Of a stretch of 64,000 nt of DNA, positions 29,777-39,403 are shown in pieces (positions within the stretch are counted from its first letter, which is position 1; every line of letters begins with the position of its first letter). A model generated the notes under the pieces. It did not search any database. It was given only the letters and a program-made list of their open reading frames with translations, and was not told where the DNA came from. The translations under genes were made by a program, and so were the position numbers. Source of the DNA: an uncultured Desulfospira sp. (lineage in GTDB: Bacteria; Desulfobacterota; Desulfobacteria; Desulfobacterales; Desulfobacteraceae). Location: positions 4,288,001 to 4,352,000 of the forward strand of contig OY760175.1 of the NCBI GenBank assembly GCA_963663165.1. Reading direction: 5' to 3'.

Positions 29777-30832
29777 TTATACGTTATACTTTATTTCATA
29801 AACTGGCAGCGCCTGTCCTGATTCTGTCAGGGCAAGGGAGGTTTCACTCACCTGCCCCAGCAGCGTGTTGTCCGCTGTGGTCAGGCCGAACTGGGACGAA
29901 ACGCTGTTAAGATAAATGGCCCCGATATCCGCGTCTTTGAGCCGGGTGAGGGTTCCTGAATTGTCTCCCGGGGTCCAGAGTACAAACTGGTCAAACATCT
30001 CATCGTTTTCGTCGATCCACAGGTTGTTGTCCTGGTCATATGCGGACAGTTCCCCAAATCCGTCCCCGGTGGCCGGGCCGAAAAGCTCACTGCCGTCATT
30101 GATGGTTCCGTCCCGGTTCAGGTCCAGTGCCAGGAAGGCGCAGCCGCTGTTGAGCTGCGGCAGATTTTCCGTTTCACCATCCAGGTCCAGGTCAAAGGAA
30201 AATTGGGCGGCCTCAACAAGCATAGGGGTTTCAACATTGGTCTGGATCACCAGAGGGTCCACCAGGGTGTAGCCTGATTCCGTGTACTGGACAAATGATT
30301 CCTGGAAAAATTGCCGCTCCATTAACAGGTCCATGGAAAAATCAATGGCCTGGTTATCGGCGGTCATTACCGTGCCCTGGCCTGAGACCGTGACGATTTC
30401 TTCTTCGCTGTGGGTATAAATTTCAGTTCTTGTGGTCTCCCATTGCCTAACCAGAGACCCCCCGAATTCAAAATTGAATCCCGCATAAATGTCATCTAAG
30501 CTGATCAATTGAAAGCTGGCGGACACCGACAGCTGTTCCTGGAATTTGTTGAGGATTTCCTGGGCGATCTGCTTTAAGATTTCCAGTTGGGCCATGAAAC
30601 TCTCCGTTAAGGACACGGTTTGAACAGTTTCTCCGGATACGGGATTAAAATGGGAACCGCCGGTGGACACCGCCGGCCCCCACAGCCCCCGGGGCAGGGC
30701 CGTGGGGGGGGTGTTCCGGGCCCCGGCCGCCATGACCTCATTGAATGAAACGGTCTCGCGGGTTTGGATGGTCTGGGTTTTTGAATAACTTCTGTCTGAT
30801 GAAAGGTTAAGGGAATAGGCATTGATTTTCAT
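29777..30832 (-). CDS. Hypothetical acidic protein with DxDxDG (calcium-binding-like) repeats
   Basis: DPLVI, FDLDLDGE, FLALDLNRDGTINDGSELFG, YDQDNNLWIDEND; GGAGG RBS. Confidence 0.75.
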   Translation of the reverse strand: MKINAYSLNLSSDRSYSKTQTIQTRETVSFNEVMAAGARNTPPTALPRGLWGPAVSTGGSHFNPVSGETVQTVSLTESFMAQLEILKQIAQEILNKFQEQLSVSASFQLISLDDIYAGFNFEFGGSLVRQWETTRTEIYTHSEEEIVTVSGQGTVMTADNQAIDFSMDLLMERQFFQESFVQYTESGYTLVDPLVIQTNVETPMLVEAAQFSFDLDLDGETENLPQLNSGCAFLALDLNRDGTINDGSELFGPATGDGFGELSAYDQDNNLWIDENDEMFDQFVLWTPGDNSGTLTRLKDADIGAIYLNSVSSQFGLTTADNTLLGQVSETSLALTESGQALPVYEIKYNV

Positions 30833-30932
30833 GCAGCCTCCTTCAGATTTGCCGGTGTCTTCCTCTTCTTGAGGCTGGACCGGGAAAAAAGATCACCGAC
30901 ATCGTCCTGGCTGCCGGACAACCTTACATCAA

Positions 30933-30948
30933 TGCAAGTTTCATGCCT
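30933..30948 (-). promoter_or_regulatory. Sigma54 -24/-12 promoter
   Basis: Minus strand AGGCATGAAACTTGCA, GG-N10-GC, about 100 bp upstream of 30832. Confidence 0.6.
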
Positions 30949-31102
30949 TTTTGATATCCACCTGAAATCCTATCAGATCCAAAACCCAGCCATTTTGAAG
31001 GGCGGCTGAAATGCGGTAAATTCTTCCTAGTTATCTGTTCAGGCATGACATAAAAAGATTGTAAAAAAGGTTTAGCGGCTAAACAATTTGCGGGGGCGAT
31101 AT

Positions 31103-31291
31103 ATGGAAATTAGATCAAACAAAATTCGTCCTTATGCCGTTCTGGTTGCGGGTGCCGCACTGATGTATTATTCAATCTGGACATGGGCCTTCCCGGCGGC
31201 CACCTGGTTTTTTCCCATTTTTTTGCTCCGGTTCAGCCGCACCCAAAAAAAACGTACCGGGTTACCGGATGTGTGGCTTTTCGTTCAAACC
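31103..31291 (+). pseudogene. Truncated N-terminal membrane segment, possibly of an apolipoprotein N-acyltransferase/nitrilase-like gene
   Basis: MEIRSNK..LVAGAALM..WAFPAATWFFPIFLLRFSRTQK resembles the first TM region of such proteins; it then runs into the convergent RND gene end. Confidence 0.4.
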
Positions 31292-34200
31292 CTAATTATC
31301 GGTTGCCGTTACCCGGTACCAGGCCGCCACCATACAGGGCAGCACAAAAAGGGTTAAGATGGTGGCCCCCAGAAGCCCGCCGCCGATGCTCACGGCCATG
31401 GGCCCCCAGAATTTGTCCCGGGCCAGGGGCAGCATGCCCAGAATGGCCGCCGCAGCCGTGAGCATGATGGGCCTGAACCTGAAAACCGTGGCCTTGATAA
31501 TGGCATGGTACCGGCTTTCCCCGGCAGCCACCTGGCGGTCGATCTGGTCCATGAGGATTACCGAGTTCCTAATGATAATGCCGGACAGGGCCAGAATCCC
31601 CAGCTGAGCCAGAAAGCCCATAGGCATATTAAACAGCAGCAGCGAGGCAATGACGCCCATTAATCCTAAGGGCGCGGTCAGCAGGGTCAAGATCATGTTG
31701 GAAATGTTCTGGAGCTGGATCATGAGGATAATGACAATGATCATGAACATGGCCGGCACCATTTCCAGGATAAACCCGGTGGCCTTCCGGCTTTGTTCGG
31801 CCAGTCCGCCGATGTCAATGGCATACCCCGGTGGCAAATTTTCCCGGACGGGTTTAAGGGCGGTGTACAGTTTATTGGTAGCGTCGTTACCGGTGATGCC
31901 CGGGATAGTATCGGCCTGGACCGTGATGGTGGGTAAAAGGCTGCGCCGCTGGATCACCCCTTCTTCCATGCCAAACCCAATATCGGCAATCTGCTCTAAA
32001 GGAATGGTTTTGCCTTTGCCCACATGAATGGGCAGGGCCCGGATATCTGAAAGGGATTGCCGGTCGTCTTTAGAAAGCCGCAGCACGATGTCCACGGTCT
32101 TGTCTTCTTCCCGAAACTGGCTGACCGGGATGCCTGAAATCTGGGACTGGATGGCAAGGGCCAGGTCGGAACTGGCAACGCCCAGCATTCGGGCCTTGTC
32201 CTGGTCTATGGTTAACTCAAGTTTTTTGGTTTTCTCATACCAGTCAAAATTTATTTTTCTTAAGGCCGGATCTGTTGCCATGGCATCCTTGACCTTGCCG
32301 GCTATGTCCCGGACCTTGGCGTAATCTGGACCGGAAACCCGCAGCATCACCGGGTAAGGCTCCGGCGGCCCCAGTTGCAGGGTCTGGATATGGCCCCTTA
32401 CATGGGGAAACGAGTTGTCCAAAAGGTCCTGGATGTCTTTTTCAAGGGCTTTTCTCTGGTCAAGGCCTTTGGCCACAATGATAAACTGGGCAAAGTTGGA
32501 CTGGGGCATGACCGGGTCAAAGGCCAGGACAAACCGCGGCGCACCAGAGCCCACATAAAAGGCAAAATGGTCAATATGGGGATTGTCGGCAATGACCTTA
32601 GCAAAGACCCGGGCCTGGTCATCGCAGTTTTCTATGGAAGATCCTTCGGGCAGGGTGAGATCCACCACCAGTTCCGGTCTGACCGAGGCCGGAAAGAACT
32701 CGTCCTTAACGTACTTAAAGCCGTGCAGGGCTGCAACAAACCCTGCCAGAGTAATCAACAGCACTACTATCCGGAATTTGAGGCACCAGACCAGGATCCG
32801 CCGGAACACCCGGTAGAAGGCTTTGTCATAGATATCTTTATCCTGTTCCGTTGCTTTTACAGGTTTAGCCTTGATCAGGTAGGTCCCGAAAAGGGGCGTG
32901 ACCATCACGGAAACCACCCAGGAAATTAAAAGGGACAGGGTGATGACCGGAAAAATGGTATTGCAGAACTCAGCGGAATCCCCCAGGGAAAATCCAATAG
33001 GGATAAACCCGGCACAGGTGATCAGGGTGCCGGTGAGCATGGGAAAGGCTGTGGCCGTGTAGGCAAAGGCGGCGGCTTTTGTTTTTTCCCAGCCCTGTTC
33101 CAGCTTTACCGACATCATTTCCACGGCAATCATGGCATCGTCCACCAAAAGCCCCAGGGAGATGATCAGGGCCCCCAAAGAAACCCGCTGTAAGTCAATG
33201 CCGGATATTTTCATGGAAAGAAAGGTAGCCGCCACCACTAAGGGAATGCACAGGGCCACCACCATGCCGGATCTGAGCCCCAGGCTTAAAAAGCTGACGA
33301 TGAGGATAATGGTAATGGCCTCGCCCAGGGTTTTGATAAATTCGTCAATGGAATCCTTGACCACCCGGGGCTGGTTGGCCACCTGGTGAAGGCTTAACCC
33401 TAAAGGCATGTTTTTTTTTATGCGGGACAGCACGGCGTTAAGTTCCTGGCCAAGCTTCAGGATATTATCCCCCTTTTCCATGGACACGGCAATGCCGATA
33501 GCCGGTTCCCCGTTATAGTACATCATGGGTTCGGGCGGATCAGCATAGGCCCTTTTGATGGTGGCAATATCCGCCAGCCGGAAGGTCCGGCCCAAAACCC
33601 GGATGGGCAGGTTGCGCAAATCGTTGATGTTGTCGAACAGGCCTGTGACCCGGACAAAGACGTTATCTTGGGAGGTTTGAACCATGCCCGACGGGGTGAC
33701 GGTGTTCTGCTTTTTGATAATGGCCGCCACCAGCAGGGGGTCAATCCCTAAGCGCGCAAGCTTCTGGCTGTCCATTTCAATATAGATTTTTTCAGGCTGG
33801 ACCCCTAAAAGGGTCACCTTTTTAACACTTTTTATTCCCAACAGCTCCTGGCGGATGCCTTCGGCCTTAAGGCGCATGTCTTCATAGGAAAACCCGTCGG
33901 ATGTCAGGGCGTAGATATTGCCGTAGACATCGTCAAACCGGTCGTTGAAATAGGGTCCCATAATTCCTGAAGGCAGTTCGTCTTTGATGCCTTGAACCAT
34001 GTTCCGGACTTCAAGCCAGGTGGGCCTGATGTTTTCGGGGGAGACGGTTTCCTTAAGATTGACAAGGATGACGGCCTGCTGGGGCCTTGAAGTGCTTTCA
34101 AGGTAGTCCAGGCCCGGGGTGTCCTGAAGTTCTTTCTCGATTTTATCGGTGACCTGCTGTTCCACTTCCACGGCCGATGCTCCGGGCCAGCCCACGGCCA

Positions 34201-34348
34201 CAATCATTTTTCTGATGGTGAAGTTGGGGTCTTCCATCCGCCCCATGCCCTGGTAGGCATAGGCCCCGGCCAGGGCGGTCATGAAGATGATAAACCAGAT
34301 GAGCTGCCGGTGGTTTAAGGACCATTCCGTGAGATTGAAGTGTTTCAT
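31292..34348 (-). CDS. RND efflux permease (AcrB/MexK-like)
   Basis: 1018 aa; EDP.FT, GLLVDDAMI, RFRPIMLTA motifs. Confidence 0.95.
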   Translation of the reverse strand: MKHFNLTEWSLNHRQLIWFIIFMTALAGAYAYQGMGRMEDPNFTIRKMIVAVGWPGASAVEVEQQVTDKIEKELQDTPGLDYLESTSRPQQAVILVNLKETVSPENIRPTWLEVRNMVQGIKDELPSGIMGPYFNDRFDDVYGNIYALTSDGFSYEDMRLKAEGIRQELLGIKSVKKVTLLGVQPEKIYIEMDSQKLARLGIDPLLVAAIIKKQNTVTPSGMVQTSQDNVFVRVTGLFDNINDLRNLPIRVLGRTFRLADIATIKRAYADPPEPMMYYNGEPAIGIAVSMEKGDNILKLGQELNAVLSRIKKNMPLGLSLHQVANQPRVVKDSIDEFIKTLGEAITIILIVSFLSLGLRSGMVVALCIPLVVAATFLSMKISGIDLQRVSLGALIISLGLLVDDAMIAVEMMSVKLEQGWEKTKAAAFAYTATAFPMLTGTLITCAGFIPIGFSLGDSAEFCNTIFPVITLSLLISWVVSVMVTPLFGTYLIKAKPVKATEQDKDIYDKAFYRVFRRILVWCLKFRIVVLLITLAGFVAALHGFKYVKDEFFPASVRPELVVDLTLPEGSSIENCDDQARVFAKVIADNPHIDHFAFYVGSGAPRFVLAFDPVMPQSNFAQFIIVAKGLDQRKALEKDIQDLLDNSFPHVRGHIQTLQLGPPEPYPVMLRVSGPDYAKVRDIAGKVKDAMATDPALRKINFDWYEKTKKLELTIDQDKARMLGVASSDLALAIQSQISGIPVSQFREEDKTVDIVLRLSKDDRQSLSDIRALPIHVGKGKTIPLEQIADIGFGMEEGVIQRRSLLPTITVQADTIPGITGNDATNKLYTALKPVRENLPPGYAIDIGGLAEQSRKATGFILEMVPAMFMIIVIILMIQLQNISNMILTLLTAPLGLMGVIASLLLFNMPMGFLAQLGILALSGIIIRNSVILMDQIDRQVAAGESRYHAIIKATVFRFRPIMLTAAAAILGMLPLARDKFWGPMAVSIGGGLLGATILTLFVLPCMVAAWYRVTATDN

Positions 34349-35457
34349 TTTTCCGCCCCTTGGATTCTGACGGCCTGGCCCTCCAATAGCTTGTGAACCC
34401 CGGCAACAGCAATGACATCCCCGGCGGACAGGCCGTCCAAGACCTGGATGGTATCATCCCTGCCAACAGGCCCGAGACGGATTTTGCGCAGGTGGGCGGC
34501 CTGGTTTTCAATTGCCCAGACCATGGGGGTACCGCCGGTCTGGTATACGGCGCAAAGGGGGATGAAGATCCGGCTGACGGCAAGGTCATTGTGGGCCAGG
34601 CTGACGGCTGAAGCGGTCATGCCCAGGCGGACTGAGTCCGGGGGATCAATCAGGGTGACCCGGGCCTTGTAGGTCCGGGTGACGGGATCGGCCACCGGGG
34701 AAATATACCGGACCTGTCCCGTAACGGTTATTCCGGGAAGTGCCCAGAACGTGGCGTTAAACGGAGCCCCGGGATGGAATTCTTCCACCTGGTTTTCCGG
34801 CACAAACATCTCAATTTCCCGTTCGGTCCCGGTGGCCATGATGACCACTGGCTGGCCCGCTCCCACCACCTGGCCGGTTTCCGCCCTGACATCCAGGACC
34901 ACACCGCTGCTGTCAGCCGTAAGGGCGCAATAGCTTAGCTGGTTGGCGGCCTGGGTGAGCTGGGCCCGGGCCTGTTTTAACACGGCCGCTGCCGAATCCG
35001 CCCCATTCTGGTAGCGGTCTAATTCGGCCTTGCTCATGAAATCCTGGTCATAAAGGGCCTTGAACCGTTTGAGCAGGTCAGAGGCCAGCTTGGACTGGCT
35101 GGCCGCGGCCTCCACCTGGGCCCGGGCTGCGGTGACCGCTTCTTTGATATCTTTGGGATCAAGTGCCATGAGAACATCTCCCGTATTGACCCGGGTGCCG
35201 GTTTCCACATGCCGGGCGATGACCTTGCCCGGGACCCTGAAGCCTAAGGCCGTTTCGGTCCGGCCCCGGACCTCGCCGGAAAACACATGGGCCAAATGGC
35301 TTTGGGAAGGTGAAATGGTCATGGCGGCCACAAGGACAGGGGCCTCAGGTTCCGGCTGTTTTTCGTCACGGGCCAGGGGATTTTTACAGCCCGAGACAGA
35401 AAGTACGGCCATACAGATCAGTGCAAGGGCAAAACGGCGGGTTATGGCTTGGTTCAT
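34345..35457 (-). CDS. RND membrane fusion (periplasmic adaptor) lipoprotein
   Basis: Lipobox LSVSGC; FRVPGKV, ADPVTRTY motifs. Confidence 0.92.
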   Translation of the reverse strand: MNQAITRRFALALICMAVLSVSGCKNPLARDEKQPEPEAPVLVAAMTISPSQSHLAHVFSGEVRGRTETALGFRVPGKVIARHVETGTRVNTGDVLMALDPKDIKEAVTAARAQVEAAASQSKLASDLLKRFKALYDQDFMSKAELDRYQNGADSAAAVLKQARAQLTQAANQLSYCALTADSSGVVLDVRAETGQVVGAGQPVVIMATGTEREIEMFVPENQVEEFHPGAPFNATFWALPGITVTGQVRYISPVADPVTRTYKARVTLIDPPDSVRLGMTASAVSLAHNDLAVSRIFIPLCAVYQTGGTPMVWAIENQAAHLRKIRLGPVGRDDTIQVLDGLSAGDVIAVAGVHKLLEGQAVRIQGAEK

Positions 35458-35464
35458 GGCAGGT

Positions 35465-36874
35465 CTACTCCTTTCCCATGGCGCGTTCCAGTTCGGATAC
35501 CGCAATGTTGTACATGCTCAGGGCATGGATATGATTGGTTTTGGCCCGGGTAAACGAAACTTCGGCATCCAGGCGTTCCAGGGAGGTGCTCAGGCCCACC
35601 CGGTACCGGGTTCGGGCGGCGTCTAAGGCTTCCCGGGCCGTGGCAAGGGATTTTTGGGCCACCCCGATGGAGGCCATTGCGGCCTGGGCGTTGTGGAAGG
35701 CCTTTTCCACTTCAAGGCGGATACCCCGGCCCAGCTCCTTTGTGGCGGTCTGGGCCTTTTCAAGCTGGATCCGGGCCTGGGCTGTCTCATGCTTCACCCG
35801 GCCGTGATCATACAGATCCATGCTGGCCACAAGGCCGATCTGGGCGGACGGGTCTTCGTTTTCCGGTTCATAATGGTGGACTTCTCCCACCAGGGCCAGC
35901 AGGGGCAGCCGTTTGCTGTTGGCAATGGTGATCTGCTCCTTGGCCATTTTAATTCTGGCCTGAAATGCGTCCAGTTCCGGCCGGCTTTCAAGGGCGGTTT
36001 TAATGCAGGTATCCAGATCGTGGATCAGGGGCACACACCCGGGGTCGTCCCCAAAGGCAAATATCGTGTTCATGTCCACCCCGAGAACATAATTAAGGGA
36101 TGACCTTGCCAGGTTAACATTATTGTGGGCGTATAGCTGCTGCTGTTTTAAATCGGCCAGCTTTTCCTCAGCCCTGAGCAGGTCAAGTTTGGGCACGATT
36201 TTCTGGTCATGGGCAGCCGTTGCCTCTTTGACGTGTTCTTTCATGCTGATAACAGCTTCGTCCATGGCCCGGGCCATCTGCCGGGCCAGAATCACCGTAT
36301 AAAAGGCTTTTTTGGCGGACAGGGCCAGGTCGTTGTCTGAAGCGGCCATATTTTTTTGGGCATTTTCAAGGTTGGCCTGGGCCAGGCGGCGGGTGGCACT
36401 GAGTTTGTCGCCCGTATACAGGGGCTGGGTCACCTTGATTCCGGCGCCATAGTAAGTCCGGCTGTCATCGGGCATGGAAAGTTCCGGCACCTGGCCGTAG
36501 GTCATGGCGGACAGGGCGTTGTTGAGCTGAACAAGCCCCTGGTTGGTCTGAAGAATGCTGGGCGGATCATCGTACCGGTAAAGGCCGGCCTCCAGGGTCA
36601 GGGTCGGCCCGAATGCCGATTTTGCCCGGGCCAGGCCCTCATGGGCCATATCAATGTCCTGTCCTGACATGCGCCGTTTCAGGCTGTTTTCAAGGGCGAT
36701 CTCAACGGCCCGGTCCTTGGTAAGGGCCTCCTGAGGCCCCTCCCAAGGAACCTCCTGGGCCCGGCAAATCCCCGGTCCGGATCCGGGAACTGAAACCAGA
36801 CATATGGCCCCGGCCATAAAGAAGAAAACAAACCGGTTGAAAATTCTAAGATTCTTCATAAAAAAGCCTTTCAT
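35465..36874 (-). CDS. TolC-family outer membrane efflux protein
   Basis: Signal peptide, QPLYTG and RYRVGLST..E.LDAE motifs. Confidence 0.9.
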   Translation of the reverse strand: MKGFFMKNLRIFNRFVFFFMAGAICLVSVPGSGPGICRAQEVPWEGPQEALTKDRAVEIALENSLKRRMSGQDIDMAHEGLARAKSAFGPTLTLEAGLYRYDDPPSILQTNQGLVQLNNALSAMTYGQVPELSMPDDSRTYYGAGIKVTQPLYTGDKLSATRRLAQANLENAQKNMAASDNDLALSAKKAFYTVILARQMARAMDEAVISMKEHVKEATAAHDQKIVPKLDLLRAEEKLADLKQQQLYAHNNVNLARSSLNYVLGVDMNTIFAFGDDPGCVPLIHDLDTCIKTALESRPELDAFQARIKMAKEQITIANSKRLPLLALVGEVHHYEPENEDPSAQIGLVASMDLYDHGRVKHETAQARIQLEKAQTATKELGRGIRLEVEKAFHNAQAAMASIGVAQKSLATAREALDAARTRYRVGLSTSLERLDAEVSFTRAKTNHIHALSMYNIAVSELERAMGKE

Positions 36875-36898
36875 TAATCAAAAGCAGGTTTTGTTGTT

Positions 36899-37555
36899 TT
36901 ATGCTTTTGAAAAGGGTTCGGTCGTTTGGGGCCTGAGGGCTGCAAGAATCAGTTGCCTGACCTTGGGAAACAAATGGGCAAAGCCGCTGGTGTCCGACGG
37001 CGGTCTGTCCAGGGCTGCCTGAAGTTCGCTTTCCACGGGCAGGGCCAGATGATGCAAAATCAGGGTGCCAATGATCATGGTGTGAACGGCCAGGGGGTCT
37101 GTCGGGGCAAACACCCCTTTTTGTATCCCATCGTTTATGACGGATTGAAGCATTTTAAAGGTAACGCCGACCTCCTCAAATACCATCTGGTCAAAATGGG
37201 TCCACCCGGAAACCATTTCCCGGACCATGATTCTTGTAAAATGAGGGTGGGCTTCCATGATGTCGGCCACCGTAGCCATGTACACGGAAAGTTTTTCCTG
37301 GGGGGTCGATTGGGTCTCAATTTCCCGGCTCAGCTGCTGCGCCTTGTCGCTGTATGCGTCCTTGACCACGGCCTGGTACAGGGCAAGTTTATTGCCGATC
37401 CGATAGTAAATCATGGCTTTGTTCACCCCGGCCTTTTCGGCAATGTCGTCCATGCGGGCACTGTTAAACCCCCGGGCGGCAAAAATCAGCAGCGCCGCAT
37501 CCAGTATGTTGCGGATGGTCTTGTCTTTTTTATCCTGTCTCAGGGTTGCGGCCAT
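36899..37555 (-). CDS. TetR/AcrR-family regulator
   Basis: ILDAALLIFAARGF...DIAEKAGVNKAMIYY HTH. Confidence 0.93.
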   Translation of the reverse strand: MAATLRQDKKDKTIRNILDAALLIFAARGFNSARMDDIAEKAGVNKAMIYYRIGNKLALYQAVVKDAYSDKAQQLSREIETQSTPQEKLSVYMATVADIMEAHPHFTRIMVREMVSGWTHFDQMVFEEVGVTFKMLQSVINDGIQKGVFAPTDPLAVHTMIIGTLILHHLALPVESELQAALDRPPSDTSGFAHLFPKVRQLILAALRPQTTEPFSKA

Positions 37556-37608
37556 GGTTTGATTCCTTCCCTCCCGAACATGCGGTTACCGTTCGGGTTG
37601 TATAAAAG

Positions 37609-37626
37609 TTTAACTCAACAGTTAAA
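37609..37626. promoter_or_regulatory. Probable TetR operator palindrome
   Basis: TTTAACT-CAAC-AGTTAAA, about 55 bp upstream of the tetR start. Confidence 0.55.
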
Positions 37627-37663
37627 ATAATCAGTTGATTTTTGTTGTCCAGAAAAATTTTTT

Positions 37664-39095
37664 CTGATTATATCGGATTTTGGGGAGGGCTTCGGTACCC
37701 ACCCAAAGAAGCCGAAATGTAAAGGTTATGCAACCAGTTGTCGTGATATCTAAATTGATTCAGCCTTTCAGCTGGGCTTTTGAATCCGTTATGCCTTTTG
37801 ACGGTTTCCGGGTTGTAAGGAGCAAAATTATGAATGAGTGTCCATCCTCGAATGCTCAGTTGCGCTGCATCCATTACTCCATGAAAATATTGAGTGCTGA
37901 ACAGATGGCGATCCATTCTTTGCATCAATCTGTCAACCATGTTGCTCGTTCTGTGTGCCTTGGGATGATCATAGGCGTTTCTGTATGAAACAATATTTTT
38001 CCGTAATTTGTTTATGGGGTCTGATATAACATTCGGAGCATCTTGCTTTTTGCACCATTCGATCAACCTCCTGATTCGCTGTGAAAATGATATTTTGCTT
38101 TCAGCCCGATAACAATCCCATAGTTTTGATGCTGTTTCATCAAAAATGTCTCTGTATTTCTTCTTTGCCCTATCACGAATTTTTATGAATACATGCAAAA
38201 AACAACAAACGATGGCTACCGATGGAAAAAGGCTTTTCCATGCCTGCCGGGTAGCTTTCCATCCGTCTATATTGACGGTCTCCGGAGAATATTCAGGCCG
38301 AAGGCATTGGGCTTCATCCCGGTAAAATTGATAAGCTCCAGTCAAGGCTTGTTTTCCAGCATTTTGAGCAACAGACGCTCCAAGAATGCAGCCATTTCCA
38401 ACAGTTGTTGCCACATAAGTTTTTTCTCCCAGAATCCGGGTATGCTTCTCATCCGCCGCAAGATGTTGCGGGATGTCTTCCGGTTGTCGGATGGTTGTTC
38501 CAACGATACTATTGCGACCAAGTGACTGCTCAATCCGGTACCAATACATTGGATCCTTACCGAAAATGTGGCTCAGTGCCCAGAAGGGCACATTAAATTT
38601 TCGCATAAAAAGAGCTTTTTCAACCTCATCGACCAAGCCGGTGAGATAGGGTGTCACAAAGGAAGGGCGGACTGTGTAAGCAATGCCGGACATCTCGATT
38701 CGCCGAATAGGGATCAACATTTTTTTTGAGTGATAGATATCTTTCATTCGATATCCTTCTCTGGAAATTTCAGCTGGAAATAGTTCCGGGAAAAGCTCAA
38801 TCCTTTCATTGAGACAGTTCCGAAATTTGTCAGGATTTTGAATGTTGTCATTATAATCATCTTGAGAAAAAGGCACACATATGGTTCTATGGTTTCGGAT
38901 TGCGGATTCTGTATCTGTTTCCCACATATAGTTAGAGACCTCCTTGGCGGGTTTGGTCTCTAACTATATGAAATTATTGACAAAAAGTCTAGTCGGAATT
39001 CCCTTTGATTTCAATGGGTTACGAAAAAGTTTTTTACCCCCTTCCAATGATTAGAGCGGTTTTGGCCTCTGTTCCCCTAAATCCGTTATAATCAG
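37664..39095 (-). mobile_element. 1432-bp insertion sequence
   Basis: 22-bp inverted repeats CTGATTATA(T/A)CGGATTT(T/A)GGGG; 8-bp duplication AATTTTTT at 37656-37663 and 39096-39103. Confidence 0.92.
37668..38927 (-). CDS. DDE transposase (Mutator/IS256-like CxxH type)
   Basis: 419 aa; ADEKH, NIDGW, CCFLH, TSNMVDR motifs; fills the IS. Confidence 0.82.
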   Translation of the reverse strand: MWETDTESAIRNHRTICVPFSQDDYNDNIQNPDKFRNCLNERIELFPELFPAEISREGYRMKDIYHSKKMLIPIRRIEMSGIAYTVRPSFVTPYLTGLVDEVEKALFMRKFNVPFWALSHIFGKDPMYWYRIEQSLGRNSIVGTTIRQPEDIPQHLAADEKHTRILGEKTYVATTVGNGCILGASVAQNAGKQALTGAYQFYRDEAQCLRPEYSPETVNIDGWKATRQAWKSLFPSVAIVCCFLHVFIKIRDRAKKKYRDIFDETASKLWDCYRAESKISFSQRIRRLIEWCKKQDAPNVISDPINKLRKNIVSYRNAYDHPKAHRTSNMVDRLMQRMDRHLFSTQYFHGVMDAAQLSIRGWTLIHNFAPYNPETVKRHNGFKSPAERLNQFRYHDNWLHNLYISASLGGYRSPPQNPI

Positions 39096-39160
39096 AATTT
39101 TTTAAATTGGGGTCTTGTAACTATTCAGCTAACGCTGAAAATAAGCAAAAATCAGGGTCC

Positions 39161-39268
39161 GTAACTGTTCATCAGTGCCTCATATTTGTTTAGTCAGGAC
39201 TTCGTAGCATACTTTTGCTCTGTGAGAAGGCCTGAATGAGCGAAGATGGGGCACTGCTGAACAGTTAC
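39161..39268. repeat. MITE-like element with 23-bp terminal inverted repeats
   Basis: GTAACTGTTCATCAGTGCCTCAT ... ATGGGGCACTGCTGAACAGTTAC. Confidence 0.65.
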
Positions 39269-39403
39269 GGGGGCTTGTAAGAAAATTTCTGACACAACAA
39301 TCAGAAAACTTCCAATTGTTGCATTGGTTTTCCCTTGGTAGGTTGCCATGTTAGAGAGAAAGAGGGGTTTCGTTTTTTTTAAATCATTTAAAGGAGGATC
39401 GCA

